From Octopus sinensis (Eukaryota), in contig NC_042999.1 in the NCBI RefSeq assembly GCF_006345805.1, positions 132,804,001 through 132,868,000 on the forward strand: a stretch of DNA of 64,000 nucleotides. Direction: 5' to 3'. Within the stretch, counting starts at the first letter, position 1. Each line of letters starts with the position of its first letter. Positions 11,453 through 25,693 of the stretch are shown piece by piece. A program made the translations under genes and the position numbers. Under the pieces are notes generated by a model. It saw only the letters and a list, made by a program, of their open reading frames with translations, did not search any database and had not been told where the DNA came from.

Positions 11453-12357
11453 TTACCTTCACCTTAGTGAAGGTGGAGGTATTGTTTTCAGTCGTGTTTG
11501 TTTGTCCGTCAAGAACCGCTGGATGGATTCGGATGAAACTTTTAGGGATGTTTGGCCTCGTGACTGGCACGAACTGATTAGAATTTGGGATCGATTTAGT
11601 ACCGGACAAGGATTCTGGATTATTTGTTATATTTACTTTACATGATTACGATCTTACGTTCACTTTCAAGTCTTTTTCAATTATCTCGCTTTAGGCTATT
11701 TCCAAAGTTTTATTTTCGTTTCTCTAATATTAATTTTACTCGCGTCTCTGTCTTAGTAGAAACTGATAGATAAAGAAATCAAACTACATAAACAAACAGC
11801 AGCAAAACCGCTCAGAAATTAAATAACACCAGCACATTTTTATGATATATATATATTATATATTATACATACATATTAACGCTACTTACATATATACATA
11901 CATCGATCTAAAACAACAGGAATATTAAAGGAAGGCGGGAATTCAAGAGAAGAGAAAACCAAAAGCTCTCATGCTATTCATTTGAAAATTCCTGGCTATA
12001 ACATATTATCCTCGCATTTGAAACTATTTTGAATGTTGGAGTTGTTAAATTTGGCTTGTATAAGATAAGAATAAACTATTTACTATTGTTACTAAATTTT
12101 CTTCAGCCACCTTCACATTCCGTGACTACCATTGGGATCGATCAGGTACCGGACAAGGATTCTGGATTATTCTTCCGTTTTTTTTTTTTTTTACTTAAAT
12201 TTTGAGAACGGTCGGGTTCATTTTTAGTATTCTGGTTTGTGAGAGCAGTCGAGTTTATTTCAGATATTCTTATTTTAAAAATCATGTCTGGCTAATCGTT
12301 GAGAGGATATTGCTGTTATATTGGCGGAGGTTTGCGCCTTCTGAGTGCTCTTGTTAT
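11453..12357 (+). mobile_element. Helentron-associated (HINE-like) element interrupted by ~500 bp
   Basis: 5' palindrome 'accttcaccttagtgaaggtggaggt', 'tttgtttgtccgtc', 3' subterminal 'ggcggaggt' + hairpin 'gcgc.ttctgagtgc' + TT; ~40-bp segment duplicated at 11584-11623 and 12132-12171. Confidence 0.6.
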
Positions 12358-12377
12358 CATCATCATCATTATTATTA

Positions 12378-12429
<52 letters not shown>

Positions 12430-12666
12430 ATTATTATTATAGGCGGTGAGCTGGCAGACTCGTTAGCACGCTGGGCGAAATGCTTAGCGGTATTTCACCT
12501 GTCGCTACGTTGTGAGTTCAAATTCTGCTTCCATTTTTTCGGGGTCGATAAATTAAGTACCAGTGAATGGGGTCGATGTAATAGACAAGTGAGACATGAA
12601 ATTCAAAGTCAAGCAGCCATGGCATTTAGAAGAACTGTCATTGGAGACGATGCATTCCTAGTGTAG

Positions 12667-12701
<35 letters not shown>

Positions 12702-12917
12702 GCATGTATATAAATTAGAGAAGAACCACCATGTAGCAATTCAACAATGATATACTTAAATCATACCATATAGAAAAAAATAAAAAATACGATAAAACAT
12801 TTACCTAGAACTTAATAAAGAACGAAATAATAAATAAATAGTATATATATATATATACTTGAGTACTGGTCTCGTAAACCGGGAGTCGTGAGTTCGAGAC
12901 TCATTTAACTTGCTTTT

Positions 12918-13556
12918 AGGAGCAGACGGAAGTATACAGTAAGTTTACTTCCCAATCACATGGCACCGGGTTCAGGTCTACAGCGTGGCACCTTAAGTAA
13001 GTGTCTTGTATTATAGTCCCGGGTCAAGCAAAGGGTTGTGAGAGGATTTGGTAGATGGAAACTGAAAGAAGCTCATCGCGTGTGTATATATATTTTTTAT
13101 TCTCTCTCTGTTTATTTTCTCTTATTCCTTTCTCTTGAAGAGCGTAGGCTCGAAATGTAAAAGACTTTCTCCCTTTCCTGAGCGTCAAACTAATACACTT
13201 GCTTGTTGCTCATACATCTGTCTTCGTCTTTTGGTTTTGCTGTAAATTTCAATTATATATGTCTGTATGTGTGCATGAGTGTGTGTGCGTGCGTGAGTGT
13301 GTGTGTGAGTGTGTATGTGTGGGTTCATGTGTTGTGTGTGTATATATCTATGTATGTGTCTTTGTATTTGCGTTCGTCTCTCAGCTCCGCTTGAGAACCA
13401 GTATGAGCTTGTTTACGTCACCATAACCTAGCAGTTCGGCATAAAATATCAATAGAATAAATACCAACTCGATTCCTTCGACCAAAACGATTCCCTCAAC
13501 GCGGTGCTCCATCATGGCTGCAGTCCAATGATTGAAACAAGTACAAGATAAAAGAT
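12918..13556 (+). mobile_element. SINE family A with nested HHR-bearing short element
   Basis: Head/body 12918-13080, insert ~13095-13260 in the internal microsatellite, tail to 13556. Confidence 0.75.
13128..13163 (+). ncRNA. Decayed hammerhead motif
   Basis: CTTT-CTCTTGA-A-GAGC(GTAG)GCTC-GAAAT-GTA-AAAG; stems I and II intact, core mutated. Confidence 0.4.
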
Positions 13557-14156
13557 ATGTGTGTGTGTGTGTGTGCGCGCGAGTGCGGATGTACACACAC
13601 ATACGCACACACACACATTCATATATATTCAGACAGATATGTAGACAGAGATAGAGAGAGAGAGGGGGAGAAAGAGACAGGTAGATCGATAGATGGGGTG
13701 TTAAATATATAGACAGATGGACAAATATACAGAACATACATATAAGACAGACACCATAAATTCAAACAGACAAACATATACATACATAGACAACAAGACA
13801 GATAGGCAGACATCTAAATTATTAGATAAATATATCAATTAAACGGTGTCGCTATAGAATAAATACTGAACAACTATACAACGATAGGATGTAGTTGCAG
13901 TTTTAGCTAACACATTTTCAATGTCTACTTTACATGGTTTAGCTCGTCATAGAGATGGATAGATGTCACAAGTAATTCTGACCGTATATCCAACCGTTAG
14001 ATGGATGAGGAGGGAACACCGACGTACGCTGGAGGACGCCAGTCGCTCAGCCATCATCTCGTGGCGTGTTCATGACACCAAATTGGCTTGGTGTGAAATG
14101 AGGCTGAGTCTGGCGGTGGGCGAGTGGTGCTCGGTGGTGATGATGAGCTGGTGTGC

Positions 14157-14214
<58 letters not shown>

Positions 14215-14279
14215 TAGAGAGAAGAGAGAGAGAGGTGAGAGAGAGACAGTATGGGAGTGGTTCTTGTTCAGTACATTCA

Positions 14280-15135
14280 TATAACTGATGACGTTGATAA
14301 TGATGATGACGCAGCCGACGACGACGATGTCTACGAAGACGGTAGCGACAATGACGATGACGATGATGATGGTTGTGATAATGTTCATTATAACAATGAC
14401 GGTGGTGGTGATGGTGATGGTGATAATAATGCTGATAACAATGATGATAATAATCATGGTGATGATGATGATGACGATGATGATGATAATGATGACGACG
14501 ATGATGATGATGATGGTGATGATGATGATGATGATGATAGTAATGATGATGATGGTGACGATGATAATAATCGTGATGATGATAATGGTGAGGATAACGA
14601 TGATGATGATGATGATGATGACGACGACAACGATGATGATGGTCTCAGTAATTGTGATAGTAGTGGAGCTGATAGCCACGGGTATATTTTACGTCGATAT
14701 TGATTATGGCAATGATAATTGTGTGACGATGGTGACGATCGAGATGAAAAATTTGAAGTGCTTTGTCTTGGAGAATATTATGAACATGAATATGTTGATG
14801 CTGGCCGTAGTGATGCTTTTGTAGTAATGGCGGTAGGGTTAGGGTGGTGGTGATAATGGTACCGATTCGACGCTGAAGATATTGAATATATGAGTAATGA
14901 TGATGACGATGCTGATGGTGGTGATGATGATGATGATGAGTATGATGATGATGATGATGAGGAGGAGGAGGAGGCTGAGGATGAGGAGGTGGAAGATGAT
15001 GGTGATGATGATGATGATGAAGATGATAATGTTGACGACGATAACGGGGATACTGATGGTCATGATGATGATGATGATGGCGTTGATGAATGAGTGTGGT
15101 GGTGATGCTGCTGCTGATGATGATGATGTTGGTAG
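14280..15135. repeat. Degenerate (GAT)n-rich low-complexity tract
   Basis: GAT/GAC/AAT/GGT triplets; source of the poly-D, poly-M and poly-I ORFs. Confidence 0.9.
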
Positions 15136-15264
15136 CATTGGGCTATTTACACTTTTGTTTTCATCTCGCAGAATATATGTGGTTTTGTGGTTAAGAAACT
15201 CGGTTTGGAACTACGTGGTTTCGGGTTCAAGCCAACCGACCTACTGTAGCACCGGAGTCACTAA

Positions 15265-15410
15265 TATATATATATAGAGAGAGAGAGAAAGATATATAAT
15301 ATATATATAATATATATATATATATATTATATAGATATATATATATATATATATAAGATATATATATATATAGATATATATATATATATATATATAAGAG
15401 AGAGAGAGAG

Positions 15411-15447
<37 letters not shown>

Positions 15448-15473
15448 TACGTGTGTGTGTGTGTATATATATG

Positions 15474-15526
<53 letters not shown>

Positions 15527-15740
15527 TATTTAGTAGCAAAGACACAATATCTCGTAGACTAATTGGATAAACCAGCATTGAATTTGCATAGTCGTATTCG
15601 TATAGGAAACGTTGTAACATAAAATGCCGGCAGTTAATTCTTTAGAAATTCTATAATTTATAACCTAAAATGAGAATTATGTTTATATGTATCTATGTAT
15701 GTATGTTTATATGTATGTAGTATGTATATATATATATAAT

Positions 15741-15793
<53 letters not shown>

Positions 15794-15862
15794 CATATAT
15801 ATATATATAGTATACATTATATATATATATATATATAATATAATATATAGACATATATATAT

Positions 15863-15893
<31 letters not shown>

Positions 15894-15898
15894 CTACA

Positions 15899-15942
<44 letters not shown>

Positions 15943-15952
15943 ATACATAATA

Positions 15953-16007
<55 letters not shown>

Positions 16008-16187
16008 TACATATATATATATATATACATATATATACATATATATATATATACATATATATACATATATATATATATATACATATATATATATGTATAT
16101 ACACACATATATATATATGTATATACACACATATAATATATATGCATATAAATACACATATATATACACATACATATATTATATATA

Positions 16188-16264
<77 letters not shown>

Positions 16265-16300
16265 ACATACATACATATATATCTATACATATATATATAT
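15265..16300. repeat. Long (TA)n/(TACA)-rich microsatellite complex
   Basis: Visible directly; one short unique insert at ~15530-15685. Confidence 0.9.
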
Positions 16301-16839
16301 AATACTATCCCATGATAACCCCCGCCTAGTTAGTCTGACATCATCTTATTTTGGTGATTACACTATTTTCATTTCTATGATGTTCTACCCTATTGATCAT
16401 ATTATGCATATTTGTAATGACTTTATGCAAGTAAATCTCCTCTTAACTAAATTATATCCTTCCGAGAAAGTATAACATCATATGTACAATAGCACCTGTA
16501 ACAGTGCAGTCTGAATACCTCTAACTGCCCTCACTATGTTCATACCTACTACCTCCTCTTTTCGGGTTATCTTTATCTAATCCCTGCCTCAAATTTTAAT
16601 CCCCTGTCTCTTTAAATGTAGGTTATATGTATTTGTATTTCTTATCATTTTCTATAAATTCTTATTTTGTTTTCTTGTTTTGGTATTCTTACCTATTAAC
16701 CTCTTACCCCTTATAAGCTGTTACTGTTCTTAAACGGGGATTTTTCAGCTATTTCAGTCTATGCGAGATGGTTATACTATATACATATATGTATATATAT
16801 ATATACATATATGTATATATATTTATATATATGTATACA

Positions 16840-17025
16840 CTCTTTCTACTCTTTTACTTGTTTCAGTCATTTGAATGCGGCCATGCTGGAGCACCGCCTT
16901 TAATCGAGCAACTCGAACCCGGGACTTATTCTTTTGTAAGCCCAGTACTTATTCTATCGGTCTCTTTTGCCGAACCGCTAAGGAACGGGGACATAAACAC
17001 ACCAGCATCGGTTGTCAAGCAATGT
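16840..17025 (-). mobile_element. SINE family A, 3' half
   Basis: High identity to the tail of 40075-40260. Confidence 0.85.
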
Positions 17026-17069
17026 ATGTATATATGTATATATATGTATATATATGTATACGTATATAT

Positions 17070-19900
17070 AATTTAACACACTCACCGGTAAAATCTTCAA
17101 CTCATTCTTTTTTATTTTTCTAAATTTTTCGTTGCGTCTTGCAACCTTTTCAATAGTCGTTGATTCTGTCCGTTACTCACACTGCATTCCTTTTTGTTAG
17201 TTTGCGCGCATGTGTGTGGATCAGAGTGTGCGTGTGTGTGTGTGCCTATACATGCATGCATTTATGTATGTATGCATGTATGTGTGTGTGCATATTTATG
17301 TATCTATGTGTGTACATTTGTATGTATGTATTCCCCATATTTATGTATTTGCATATCCGTGTTTGTGTGTCTTTATGTATGTGCATGCGTGTGTGTGTGT
17401 ATGTGTGTTTGTATATATGTGTGTGTGTGTATCTCTGTCTCCTTGTGTCTGCATGTGTGAGTGTGTGTGTGTTTCGCAACTATGTACCGTATTTGTATGT
17501 ATGGATGTGCATCTCCATATGTGTGGACATGTGTCTCCATATGTGTCCTTGTGTGTAGTAAAGTGTGTGTGTATGGTCATGTATTTCACTCTTCATTTGC
17601 GTATGTGTGCTTGTTTGTTCATGGATGTGACTATCCATCTGTATGTTGATCTGTTTACTTTCATATCCATATGCTTACATACATGTGCATAACACCCACC
17701 CACATCTATATACATAACATCCCACTAACTATTCTACTCTACCTGTGTAAACTGTGAGTATGGAGGTATGATATCTATTATGTATATTTCCTATTTAGTA
17801 TTGGGGAAGTTACTTCCGTGTTGGTCCTTTGCATATTGGTAGAGTATGGAGGACTGTTTTTTTGTCGTCTTATTGTCTTAACTGTTCATTTAGTCGTTCT
17901 GCAATGCTCTTAGATGTCTCCCCTATGTATGTCATGTTCATGTCCTTATAAGCACCTTCTATGCATCTTATGTTGTAAACTACATTTCAATTTCTACAGT
18001 TAATGCCAGGGCTAATCCTACATGTCATGAAGTTATCATTAGTGCATATGGGATTTTCAAAGTGGTACGTCCTACATAGATATGATCTGACGGAGTTCCC
18101 TGGCTTTTTAACAATCTCAATGTTGAGTTTGGTCTCCTTCAGAGCTTTCCTAAATCTATCGGTTAGTTCTCCATGGGCTGTGCCTCTATAAACAGCACTC
18201 CTTGATATTTGTCGGTTTTATACCACGTGTACGCTCTGTTTGCTTTGTCACAAGTTCTTTGTATCCTATTCCAGTCTTTGTTTCTATATCTAGGGTAGGT
18301 ATCACTGGTATCATTACGTATAATGTTATCTAATTTCTTACTAGCATCCTTGTATACTCGAACCCTATCTTTCTGATCATATCCAGAGAACTGCATGCAG
18401 TGCATGAAGTTCTATATATGTTTTTTTTTCATTTCATCGGGTTCGCATGGTGGAGGCACGTTGTTCATTATCCTAAGTCTTCTATCAGTATATTAATTTT
18501 CATGTTGTGACAAAGCTGAGTTCGTGTGAACAACATATTTTGAAGCTATAGGTTTCATGTAATAGGAGTGAAGGAGCTGCACTCTATTGTTTACAGTCTC
18601 TAACCTAAATTCAGTATCAAGTACAGGGAGTCTATTGTTGAGGTGCTTAGTAGGGTAATCTATAGTTACCTTCATAGTTTGGTGGATGGAGTTAGCTGCT
18701 TACTGGATGCTCTCCATTACGTTACTAGAGTTGGTCCTATGATATTAATGTCATCCACATATCTACTGTAGAGTAGAAGAGTTGTGGACTGTTCTGCTAA
18801 CATTTGCTTAAGTTTTCTCTCCCACCAGGTCATGAAGAGGCCCGCTACATCTCCAGCTACACTGACACCGACGGCTGCACCTTGAAACTGCATGTATGGT
18901 TTTTTTTTTTATTAAACTTTACTATGTGGTTCTTCAAGGTGGTTTTTACACTGGCCCCTATTGCACGTACAATCATTTCTTTCACCTGATTGTTGTTCTC
19001 GGGATTTTGGGTGGGTGCGGTCCAGCCACTCCAGCGCTCTGTGGTGCTTTTTTCACTGCTGAAGTGATGATGGGTGGTCTTCCCCTCTGTGACCTGGTGG
19101 GGCAGAATCTACTGAGGTCATAGTAATCTAGTCACTGTCGTAGTTTAGTCTGAGGAGGCGGCCCAGTTCCCTCATGTTGACATTACAGAATACCACTTCA
19201 CTCTCACAGATCACCTGAATGCATTTCTTCACAGCAAAATCTATGTCAATAGATGGGTAGAGTGAAATCACATCCATACTACCAACTACACAACCTGTGA
19301 GGTCGTTGGAGTGGTTGCAAATACTGATTTTACTGAGGAGATCTTCCGTGCTCACACAGATATCTGGAGACATCTTCCATGCTCACACAGACATCTGGAG
19401 AGGTCGTAATACATGTGAGAGGAAGTAGGACAGTCTATAGTTGCTGGAGATTACTCCGCAAACTGGTCTGGTTGGGGGCCCCATGGCAGGGTTTATGTAG
19501 GATTTGTGGTATTTGCGCAACCTGTATAGTGTAGGAACATCATTGTTGAATGCTTGGATATTGTTTGCTGTCCTTTTCATAGGTTGGAGTATGTTGCACC
19601 ACGTTTCTATGTGTGCATTGAGGAATTTTACCACTCTTTCATGTTCTTGTGGTGCAACTTTTCTCTTGTTACTGATGTGTTGTTTCAAGGTCTGGACAGG
19701 GTTCTGTGGGGTGGCTATTGACAGTCTGCCAGACTTTTTCGTAGGGGGGGCACACTAATTCTCTGTTCCTAATTCGCTGTTTCAGTTTTTGTAGACCTTT
19801 GTCAAGAGATGGACTGAGTTGATGGGTCCCCTCCCCACTATGGTTTTTAGTGGATTTGTTGTATCGGTCTAAGATATTGAGTACATACCTATCAACACAA
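17070..19900 (-). mobile_element. Degraded Penelope-like element (RT + Cys-rich linker + GIY-YIG endonuclease + 3' terminus)
   Basis: Minus-strand motifs in order: LRKYHK..PPTRPVCG, GSMDVISLYPSID, YMQFQGAAVG, LLLYSRYVDD, LPVLDT..YYMKP, Cys-rich linker, NVVYNIRC..YIGETS; many frameshifts; ~32-bp tandem duplication near 19345-19400; AATAAA-bearing terminus before (TA)n (3' boundary inferred). Confidence 0.85.
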
Positions 19901-20559
19901 GAAATATTGCTGGAACATTCCTTTAGAATACTTCAATCAAATGTAAGTATAACGAGGTGATATAATCATTTTGGGAGAAAAGGCAAAACTTATACAAGGG
20001 GCAGCGTTATCATATTTATTTACGTCTTTCCTGAGCCCCAAGACACATAAGGCTGAGGTTTAATCCAGATTTCACAGTGTCTTAGTGAATGAGATTACAA
20101 CATTTCATGTCACTGTACTGGATGCCAGACCAACGCTGAGTTAACTTCGCAGCATGGCATGGTGTAAAAAATCTATACAAGTATGATGTAGAGCGAATTA
20201 ATTTAGAATAAACAATGAAACAACGATACTTTAGTAATAATGTTTTCTTCAGACATATAGAAAAGTATGCTACAACATTGCTCGATCATATCTGGAATTT
20301 GAAATAACATGATTTTCGTTTTGATATCAACGTTGTTTGAACAGCTATTGTTTAACTAAATTACAGCATAGTGGAATGAGCAACGTGAAATGAAGTGTTT
20401 TGCTCAAAAACACAGCACATCGTCCTGTCCAGGTAATCGAACTCATGATCTGACGAACATGAGTGCAACACCCAAAACACAAGACAACACATCTTCATCG
20501 CATTATCTAAGATTTCTTTATTTGATGACGTATATGACATGCTCTCTCTCTATATATAT

Positions 20560-21950
20560 ATCATTCATCAGGTTTTGAAAACTGTTGCTAGATAATAGGA
20601 GTTTATATGTGAGAGATTTTTGTTATGGCTTGTCGGTGGTTAATATGAGGCTAACTGTAGAAAACTTACCATATTAAAATCTTTGTTAAATACATCTAAT
20701 GTATTTATTAGAGTTTCAGGATGCAGTCAACCCTTTATATCTATGTTATATAATGTTTATAGTGATAAATTCCGTACTGAGTAGAATATTTTGGTTAACA
20801 AGATCGTACATCTCAGCGCTGAAAAACGATTCAATTTAACGTCGAATGAACTAATGAATGATTTTGTATCTTGGCAGAACCTTTACCGACGAGGAGTGGA
20901 ATCTTTCTTGCATGCTTAATGATAGCTATACCATTATTGTTTGTATTATTATAAAGCCTAGAAAAATTTAGCGTGCTAACGAGTTGGAATTTATAAATAA
21001 AAAGATATAATTAGTCAATATCGAATTGGATAACTTTAAAATCGTCGTTTCTTATTATTAATATAATTAAACCATTGTGAAGGCGCATGGCTCAGTGGTT
21101 AGAGTGTCGAGCTTACGATCGTTGCTCCAGTTCACTCAGCTGTAGAAACGAGTTGCGACATCACAGGTGCCAAGCTGTATCGGTCTTTGCCTTTCCCTTG
21201 GATAACACTGGTGGCGTGGAGAGGGGAGGCCGGTATACATGAGCGACTGCTGGTCTTCCATAAAACAACCTTGCCCGGACTTGTGCCTGGGAAGGTAACT
21301 TTCTAGGTGCAATCCCATGGTCAGTCATGACCGAAGGGGGTTTCAGCAATTAAACTATTAAATCAATTAATGATTATAATGCTGATCTTGTATTGTTTGT
21401 AGCTAGTCAACCTCCTAATAATGTTCAATCCATTCAATGTCTTTTTGTGGAACTAATTACTCTACATTTGGGATTGGAAATAAAATTCTCCTTGTGATCT
21501 TTCTTTGAATGCGACTATTGCTTCATGTTTAGGCTGATAGTGTTTATATGATTATTGATTTAATTGTTTATAATAGTTGGTAATTTTCTTAATTATAATT
21601 TGTTTATAGGTGCTATTTTCTAGTTAACAGAGGATTTTAGTTATATTTGAGGATATAATGTTATAGTTTTCGCTTGATTTATGTCGCAATAATCGGTGCT
21701 TATTTTAGTAGTGTTGAAGACGTAGAAGAAAAATTTTCAGAACAGCATTTACATTTTCTGATACTTTTCATGTAGCGCTTATTAGATGCAATAGGGATAT
21801 ATTTCATAGAGCAGTTTAAGCTGTACAGATATATTTGGGGATACATTATTTGGTCATGAACAATGCTCTTGCACGTGGTGCGTTGGAAAAGTGATAATTC
21901 ATACGATATAGATTGCTATATGACTCCGTAATACGTTGCTCTTCAACAGA
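20560..21950 (-). mobile_element. Second, highly decayed PLE reverse-transcriptase remnant (split by a SINE)
   Basis: Minus strand: KDHKENFISNPKCRVI (~21455-21505), VIQFDID*LY (~21000-21035), IIKHARK, FDVKL..SAEMYDLV (cf. FDVTMGSYDGAExCxLVG). Confidence 0.65.
21078..21345 (+). mobile_element. tRNA-derived SINE family E (internally deleted)
   Basis: A box 'tggctcagtgg', body shared with 63355-63665; flanked by 'aattaaac(c/t)att' TSD-like repeats. Confidence 0.8.
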
Positions 21951-22014
21951 AAAGATTTAGAATACGTAAGAGGTGTTTACATGAATAAAGACAAAGTAAT
22001 CAATATAAGCGTAG

Positions 22015-22101
<87 letters not shown>

Positions 22102-22194
22102 ATATTATATATATATATATATATATAAGATATATAGCTTCTGCACGCATTTTTTTTCTCTCCTTGTTTCTCTCCGTGTTTCTTTTCTGTGTAC

Positions 22195-22230
22195 CTTTCT
22201 GTTGAAGAGCGTAGGCTCGAAACGTAAAAG
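22195..22230 (+). ncRNA. Hammerhead motif with one core substitution
   Basis: CTTT-CTGTTGA-A-GAGC(GTAG)GCTC-GAAAC-GTA-AAAG inside the short element ~22140-22335. Confidence 0.5.
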
Positions 22231-22479
22231 ACTTGTTTTATTTATATTCCTGAGCGCCATACTAATACAATTGTTTGTTTGTACTCCACCTGCCTTCGTC
22301 TTTTGTTTATTTTCATGAAGCTTCCCGTTATATATAAGATATAGCCCGTTATAGAAAAAGAACACATCATGACTTAAAATTTTATGTTTCTTAAAGACCG
22401 GAAAGATTCTTAAAGGATAGACATAAGTTTTCTGAATAAATAAATAAAAACACTTCAAATATGTCACAGAACTTAGCCG

Positions 22480-22749
22480 TATCGAACAAAACCTTGATGT
22501 GTTGTGAAAAAATTATTATGTAGATATGATGGTAAGCAAATTGAAAGAAAAATTATGTAGGCATTGTGGAATGCAAATTTAAAAAAAATAATGGAACATC
22601 GATACTTTAATCAAAAGACATATTGAAAATTTTGATGATACAACATTGCCCAATAATATCTGGAAATTAAAAGAACATGATTTTGATTTTGATATCAAAT
22701 GGTAGAATTTTAAGCGGTGCAGATCATATAAAAATGGAAGAGTACTATG

Positions 22750-22753
<4 letters not shown>
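22480..22753 (+). mobile_element. PLE GIY-YIG endonuclease fragment
   Basis: YVGIVECKFKK...NIWKLKEHDFDFDIKW..RCRSYKNGRVLCD; paralogous piece at ~20245-20330 (HIWNLK*HDFRFDI). Confidence 0.6.
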
Positions 22754-22789
<36 letters not shown>

Positions 22790-23158
22790 TATGAGAAAAA
22801 TATGTCTCGCATTTACTAGCGCTTATACATAATGAGTTGTATCAGTCATGAAGGTTTATAATAAAGGAAGTTCTTACATATATATACGTATGTGTGTGAG
22901 CGCGTTTGCGTATGTGTGTGAGTGTGTGTGGTCTCTCTATATATATGTCTGTCTGTCAGTATGTATATATGTATGTAAATGTATATGTGTGTATGTGTGT
23001 ATATGTGTGGTTTCCTTTTCTAAAATCAACTGTTAATTTCAACGTCTAGTCATTATTTAGATTCTGATCGAATACTCAGTATCGATGCTTTGTGTGCGTG
23101 TGTGTGTGTGGATGTATATATATTGTATATATGTCTGCAAGCATACATGCATATATAT

Positions 23159-23207
<49 letters not shown>

Positions 23208-24004
23208 TATGGAAGCATGTATCTACATGCATGCGCGCGCACGCGTGCACACACATACATACACATACAGAAGGACAGAGGAGATGTGAGGAAGGAGAGA
23301 ATCAACATGGACATGCATGTATACACACACACACATACATACACACACACAAACATAGCATAAATCATATGCACTAGAACGATGGTTTTAATGAAACATC
23401 CTTTGTCTGTCCAACGTCTTCGCCGCTCCTCCCCAGCCTGCACAATCTCCTCCGACTTCTTCTCTCATCCTTCTCTTTTTCTTCCTCTTCTTCGATCCAC
23501 CGCTACCTCTCCTTTCCCACATTCATGCATCCGTCCGCCTTCACTCTCCACCGGCATATAAGGCGCCATTATATATCAGCTGTATTTTGACGAGCAAGTT
23601 TATAGATTAAAGTAATTAAATTTTGAAGCCAATTGTTTAAAACTGTTCAGTTATCTCCAAAGAGCTTTCCGACGGTCAGTCTATTAACTGACAAGTCTAA
23701 TAGTCCACAGTGAGACCTTCAATGTACTGGTCAAGCCAATGTTTCCCATGGGCGTATCTGATAAGAGCAGTTAATATATAGTTAAGGTGATAGAGAGCAT
23801 CAACTATTTGACAAATATTTGTCTTAAATTGCTTCACTCTCAACTCCTTCTCTCTTTCTCTCGCCACATATCTCTTACAATATTTATACAGCTATTGATT
23901 TTTCTGTCATTCTCCTCGTGTATGTATGGGTTTGTTTATATGTGTAGGTCGGTATGGATGATGTGCGTAAGCAAATGGTTGTCTGTGTTCGATTTGGCTG
24001 TGTT

Positions 24005-24063
<59 letters not shown>

Positions 24064-24189
24064 TCTATTCATGTGTAGAAATGATTTACTGTGTTGATGT
24101 ATGTTTGGATGCGTGTGTTTGTTTGCATTAGTCTGTGGTTGCCTGTAAATGTATGTTAGTGTGTGTATACGTGTGTGTGTGTATGTGTG

Positions 24190-24223
<34 letters not shown>

Positions 24224-24556
24224 CTACGTCTGTTCATGTGTGTAAATGACTCGCTGTGTTGAAGTATGTTTGGATGTGTGTGTATATCCGCATTAGTTTG
24301 TGGCTACCTGCAAATGTATATGCGTTTGTGTATGCGTGTGCGTGCATGTGTGTGTATGCGTGCGTACACATTGTGTGTATGTGTGTGTATACGTGTGTAT
24401 GCATGTATGTGTGTATGTATGGATGCGTGTGGGTATGCGTGTGTATGCATGTGGATGTGTGTGCGGCCCTCTGCAGGTGTTAGGATGCACGTGTATGTAT
24501 ATCTGTTGAAGCATAAAAATATGGGAACTGTGTGTTGATACGTGATTACGTGTGTT

Positions 24557-24587
<31 letters not shown>

Positions 24588-24779
24588 ATGTGTGTGTGTG
24601 TGTGCGTGTGTGTGTATGTGTGTGTGTGTATTAGTGCACGTTTATATATGTACCAATTGAGACTGTGGTCGATGTAAAACCTCTATTACCCTCCCCCAAA
24701 AGTTTTAAACCTTGAACCTATAGTAGAAAGGATTATCATTATTTTTTCTTCTTATTATTATTATCATTATTATTATCTA

Positions 24780-25320
24780 GGGCAGTGAGTTAACAGGATC
24801 GTTAATACGCCGGGCGAGATGCTTGGCGGCATATGGTCCGTCTTTACATTCTGAATTCAAATTCTGCCGAGGTCGACTTCGCCATTCATCCTTTCGGGGT
24901 CGATAAATTAAGTACCAGTGAAACACTGGGGTCGATGCAATCGACTAAATCACTTCCTTCAAATTTGAGGCCTTGTTCTTCCGGTAGAAAGGATTATTAT
25001 TATTATTACTCAGACAACGAGCTGGCAGAATCGTTAGCACGCCGGGCGAGATACCGCTGGACATTTCGTCCGTCTTTACGTTTTGAGTTCAAATTCCGCC
25101 GAGGTCGACTTTGCCATTCATCCTTTCGAGTTCGATAAATTAAGTACCAGTGAAACACATGCGGAGTGCCGCACACACATCCACATGCATACACACACAT
25201 ACACACAGACACATACACACACACGCATACACAAACGCATATACATTTTCAGGCAACCACAGGCTAGTCCCCTCCCCACAAATTTCAGGCCTTGTGCCTA
25301 TAGTAAAAAGGATTATCATT
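24780..25320 (+). mobile_element. Two tandem SINE family B copies
   Basis: Repeated head + 'gtcgactt.gccattcatcctttcg.g.tcgataaattaagtaccag'. Confidence 0.8.
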
Positions 25321-25642
25321 ATTTTGTTTTAGCTATTGCTCGGGCTTATTCCTGGTAGGATTTTATGTGGGTTGCGGGTTACTACTTCCAACCTTAGGTA
25401 TCCAGAAGTTTTCAACTGTCTTTTAAGTGCTTAGGACCCACCTGGAAATCCTTGCTGACCCAGAAACAAACTATCTGTGGGAGCTCTACTGGGCATAGAA
25501 TCGTTAGCACATCAGGCAAAATGCTTAGTGGCACTTTGACGGTCTTTACGTTCTGTGATAAATTAAGTACCTTTGAAACACTGGGGTGGATGTAATCAAC
25601 TCATCCCCTCCCCCCAAATGCCCTTGTGGAAAAATTTGAAGC

Positions 25643-25693
<51 letters not shown>

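Noticed and set aside
14251-15093. Asp-rich ORFs (150 aa and 67 aa) resembling acidic biomineralisation proteins
   Set aside because: Degenerate (GAT)n tract open in several frames; no signal peptide or splice support
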